Source of the DNA: an uncultured archaeon
GTDB lineage: Archaea > Asgardarchaeota > Lokiarchaeia > Sigyniarchaeales > SOKP01
Direction: 5' to 3'
Assembly (NCBI GenBank): GCA_964486045.1
Contig: CAZALK010000002.1
Coordinates: 1 to 64,000 of the forward strand
Length of the DNA stretch: 64,000 nucleotides
The notes under the pieces are model-generated. The model ran no database searches. It had not been told where the DNA came from and worked only from the letters and a program-made list of their open reading frames with translations. Positions 60,731 through 64,000 of the stretch are shown here, piece by piece (position 1 is the stretch's first letter; the number at the start of each line of letters is the position of its first letter). A program made the position numbers and the translations under genes.

Positions 60731-61294
60731 TTAGAACTTACCACAGCCTTTGCACTTACCATCCAAAAATGCTGAACAGTCCTTACAAATGTTACCACAT
60801 TCACTTTCTTTACTATCCTGGCTGAAAAGATTAAGAGGAAGATATTTTGGTGCTATTAATTCAGACACGAAAATAGTTGCAGAGTGTAATATTCCTTGCT
60901 TATTCGTGGGTCCACAAAAATTCAGATATCTGTGCAAGATATCAATATTTTGTCCAATTATTCCCAAAATCAAGTTATATTGCCCTGTCACTTGAGCTAA
61001 TAAAAATACTCTTGGACAGTCTTCATATGCTTCAATGATTTTTTGTACTTCCTCATAATTGCGCATTTCCATCAGTAAAAATAGAGACTTGTATTGAAGT
61101 TTACTAACATTTGTGTTCGCTTGTACTTTGAGGACCCCAGAATTCTCTAATTTTGAAATTCGCTTAGCAATTCCAGTATGACTCATTGTATCTTTATCAG
61201 ATTTAAATATTACTTTTTCCAAATTTGTTAAGCTTTCCCGCCCATTTTGAAATAAAGTTCTTAAAATTTGCTTATCAATATTATCTAATTCCAT
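60731..61294 (-). CDS. Lrp/AsnC regulator with Cys-rich C-terminus
   Basis: HTH + RAM + CxxxCxxC...CxxC. Confidence 0.85.
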   Translation of the reverse strand: MELDNIDKQILRTLFQNGRESLTNLEKVIFKSDKDTMSHTGIAKRISKLENSGVLKVQANTNVSKLQYKSLFLLMEMRNYEEVQKIIEAYEDCPRVFLLAQVTGQYNLILGIIGQNIDILHRYLNFCGPTNKQGILHSATIFVSELIAPKYLPLNLFSQDSKESECGNICKDCSAFLDGKCKGCGKF

Positions 61295-61643
61295 GATTTT
61301 GAAGATTTTGATGAACTATAATTAATATAAATTTGATTTACACTTTTTAAAATTTACTCTTTTAATTAATTTAAACTTTTTATTAAAATTTGAAACAAAA
61401 TTAGTAATATTTGTTTTTTAATGAATAAACACACTTCAAAAATGATAAAAAGGTAAAATTGTTTTTCACTGAAAATTGTTGAATTGTTCTAAGTATTAAC
61501 ATCACTTCGATTGGTTTTAAATTGCAATATTAAGCTAGAACATGTTTAAAAGCGAAAACAAATTCCAACAAATTTTTACAAGTATTCGTGTAAGCAAAAT
61601 ATAATGGATTCTTTTTTATATAAAAGTTTCTAATAATGTTACA

Positions 61644-62207
61644 ATGTCTTTAGATCAGATTGATAAACAGATTATTGATGCTTTATTTAAAAATGGGCGG
61701 GAAAGCTTAGCAAACTTATCAAAAGTAGTAATTAAGGCTCATAACGAAACCATGAGCCATACAGGAATCGCTAAGCGGATTACAAAATTAGAAAGTTCCG
61801 ATATTCTTAAAATTCAAGCAAATATTAGTGTGAAGAATTTAGAATTCAAAGCAGCATTCATATTAATGGAAATGAAAAATTTTGATGATGTGAAGAAAAT
61901 AATTGAAGCATATGAAGAGTGTCCTAGAGTTTTTCTGTTAGCCCCAGTAAATGGACAATACAATTTGATTTTTGGAGTAATGGGACGAAATAATGATGTT
62001 TTGCGAAGATATATTAATTTGTGCGGTCCAACTAACAAACCGGGAATGTTACACTCAACTATTTTATTCACATCTAATTTTCTGACGCCAAAACATCTTC
62101 CTCTTAATCTATTTAGTGAAGTTAGTAAAGAACATAAATGTAAAAATATATGTAAAGGGTGCCAAGCTTTTTTTGATGGTGATTGTCAAGGATGTGGAAA
62201 CTTTTAA
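61644..62207 (+). CDS. Lrp/AsnC regulator with Cys-rich C-terminus (divergent paralog)
   Basis: Same length and architecture as 60731. Confidence 0.85.
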   Translation: MSLDQIDKQIIDALFKNGRESLANLSKVVIKAHNETMSHTGIAKRITKLESSDILKIQANISVKNLEFKAAFILMEMKNFDDVKKIIEAYEECPRVFLLAPVNGQYNLIFGVMGRNNDVLRRYINLCGPTNKPGMLHSTILFTSNFLTPKHLPLNLFSEVSKEHKCKNICKGCQAFFDGDCQGCGNF

Positions 62208-62319
62208 TAATATTACATTGTTTAAACCAACAATATTTTGTAAACATTAAAACAAGTTCTTTGATTAATTAAATTAATTTAGTTTTCAAATTAAAAGTTG
62301 TCATTAAAGGACCTATATC

Positions 62320-62577
62320 ATGAATGTAAATGATATGTATTCATTAAAAGATTATTCAAGTCATAAAAAATTAATGTCATTACCCCCTTCCTGTAAATTT
62401 ATATTGTATCTACTAAAACGGAAAGGTCCTTTGAATCAACAGGAATTAATAAAAAAATCACTTCTTCCAAAAAGAACGGTTGTTTATTCATTAAAAAAAC
62501 TAAATGAAAGAGAATTTATACGAAAGTATGCTGATGGTAATGATAAACGGATTAGATTCTATGAAACTCTGATATAA
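62320..62577 (+). CDS. Small MarR-like wHTH protein
   Basis: LPPSCKFILYLL..GPLNQQEL...D.R.RFY. Confidence 0.8.
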   Translation: MNVNDMYSLKDYSSHKKLMSLPPSCKFILYLLKRKGPLNQQELIKKSLLPKRTVVYSLKKLNEREFIRKYADGNDKRIRFYETLI

Positions 62578-62689
62578 GATATGAATACCTCAAACTAATA
62601 AGTAAAAAATGTAATTTAAAAGACCTTTTCCCATAAAATGGAGAAATTAGAGTGTGATTCAGGATTATACTGATTTCATAAACTTTTAA

Positions 62690-63070
62690 ACAATCTTAAA
62701 AATTTAAAGAATTTATAAGTATGACCCATATATTCCTTAATAAGGATAGAAAATCTCGAAACATTAACCAGTTTAGAATGGTTAGTCATTACTGGTGGTG
62801 AATGGCTTGAGAAGATTGAAAAGATTGAAAACTTCAACAACTTAAGACATTTGGATGTGAACGAGAATGCATTAACTGAATTTAAGGGACTTAACTTAAA
62901 AATTTAGAGATTTTAAAATGCGATAGGAATAATATTACAGAAATAAAACCGCTTCGATTTCGAAGCGGTTGAAAATTTACCTAAACTAAAAGAGCTAAGA
63001 TTATCCAGAAATCTCCTTAGCTATGATTCAGTTAAAATCATTGGAAGCACCACCTTTAAAATAGAGTATT
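62690..63070 (+). pseudogene. Leucine-rich-repeat protein remnant
   Basis: IENLETLTSLEWL / NLRHLDVNENALTEF / NLEILKCDRNNITEI / ENLPKLKELRLSRN in shifting frames. Confidence 0.75.
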
Positions 63071-63717
63071 GAGATTTTCCTACCCTTGAAGACTTCCATC
63101 TGTTTACGTTTGATTTATGTATAAATTTACTTCCTGCTAACTTTAATAATTTATCGAAATAGATCAGGAAATTTTGGAATGTTATCGAATTTGATCATTA
63201 GATTTAGTATAGTATTGAAATAAATCATTTTTTTAAAAATAAGTATTAACTTAGATCATTTTGAATAAAGAGTCAAAAGAACCAAAACTCAAATAAATTA
63301 TTCAAATTTTAATCAGTTATTAAGATGGATCATAATTTCAGAAAAAAATATATGATATGGATCATATAACTATGAAAACATACCTTTTTAATATAAAAAT
63401 TGTCGGAAATAGTAAAATTAGTTGATAAAAACAGCTCAGTTTGATGTTTGAATTCATTAATGATTTTCGTCAACTATTTCAGTTTAAGACAATTTTTCAA
63501 GCAAATGTTTTAGATCTCTACTTTGTTTAAGCCTAATAGTTCAATTAAAGACTTGGTAAATTTTAAAAAGCATAAACAACATATAAAAGTTAAGAATTTA
63601 ATGTATTTTGTAAAATTGTAAAATTAAACCAAAAATTTATTAATAAAATTAAAGACTAAAAATACGATTTATTCTTACAGAAATTTACTAAAAAATAAAA
63701 AAAGAGTTAAAGACAAA

Positions 63718-64000
63718 ATGAAGAACAAAAAATTTAGCGCTATATTACTAGCCGTTATTGGCTTATCAATAGTTCTTTTCGTAGCAAAGATACCCCTCGT
63801 TGGAGCAACCTCAGCTGATCTTAACGCACCTGTTGTCACTGGAGCAATTACGGTTGATGGTATGGAAAACGAAGCGTTCTGGGCTGACGCTAACAGCCAA
63901 ACATTCTCGACTACACAAACTCCTGGTGCTGCCACTGTACCAGCAAGTCAACGATTTGTAACGGTAAAAGCTGTAATAACTGATACAGAAATTAGAATTT
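63718..64000 (+). CDS. Partial secreted protein, DOMON/CBM9 or ethylbenzene-dehydrogenase heme-domain-like
   Basis: Signal peptide, then AITVDGMENEAFWADA...VTVKAV; runs off the edge. Confidence 0.6.
   Translation, partial: MKNKKFSAILLAVIGLSIVLFVAKIPLVGATSADLNAPVVTGAITVDGMENEAFWADANSQTFSTTQTPGAATVPASQRFVTVKAVITDTEIRI

Noticed and set aside
510-62071. Numerous short overlapping or antisense ORFs in the supplied track
   Set aside because: They overlap well-supported genes and have no recognisable motifs
63675-63935. 86-aa minus-strand ORF
   Set aside because: Antisense to the more plausible secreted-protein gene starting at 63718

Overview
AT-rich archaeal window that best fits an Asgard archaeon of the Lokiarchaeia type. 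This is inferred from the IPGY-type C-terminal sorting tails, a Loki-type LRR N-terminal domain, FwdA remnants, AGGTGA Shine-Dalgarno (SD) sites and a tRNA intron with a bulge-helix-bulge (BHB). Four blocks: (1) 1-14.1 kb, an accessory region with candidate HEPN/HNH nucleases, surface proteins, a broken MNT-HepT toxin-antitoxin pair and several truncated housekeeping-gene fragments (pepF, chlI, fwdA, JAB-like). (2) 14.3-28.6 kb, a duplicated signalling module: histidine kinase -> <- RHH-HisKA-REC regulator, plus three near-identical chemoreceptors and no che genes. The second kinase/regulator pair has lost all three phospho-acceptor residues. (3) 29-36 kb, a tandemly duplicated three-gene cassette (acidic surface protein, paralogous receptor with a cytoplasmic tail, double-wHTH regulator) with a conserved promoter motif. 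(4) 36.3-62.6 kb, an unusual intron-containing tRNA-Cys with a long variable arm, followed by a supercluster for assimilatory sulfate reduction, cysteine and methionine-precursor synthesis, and siroheme/Ahb heme b synthesis, including an AhbB-SirC fusion. All calls come from reading motifs by eye; no database searches were run.
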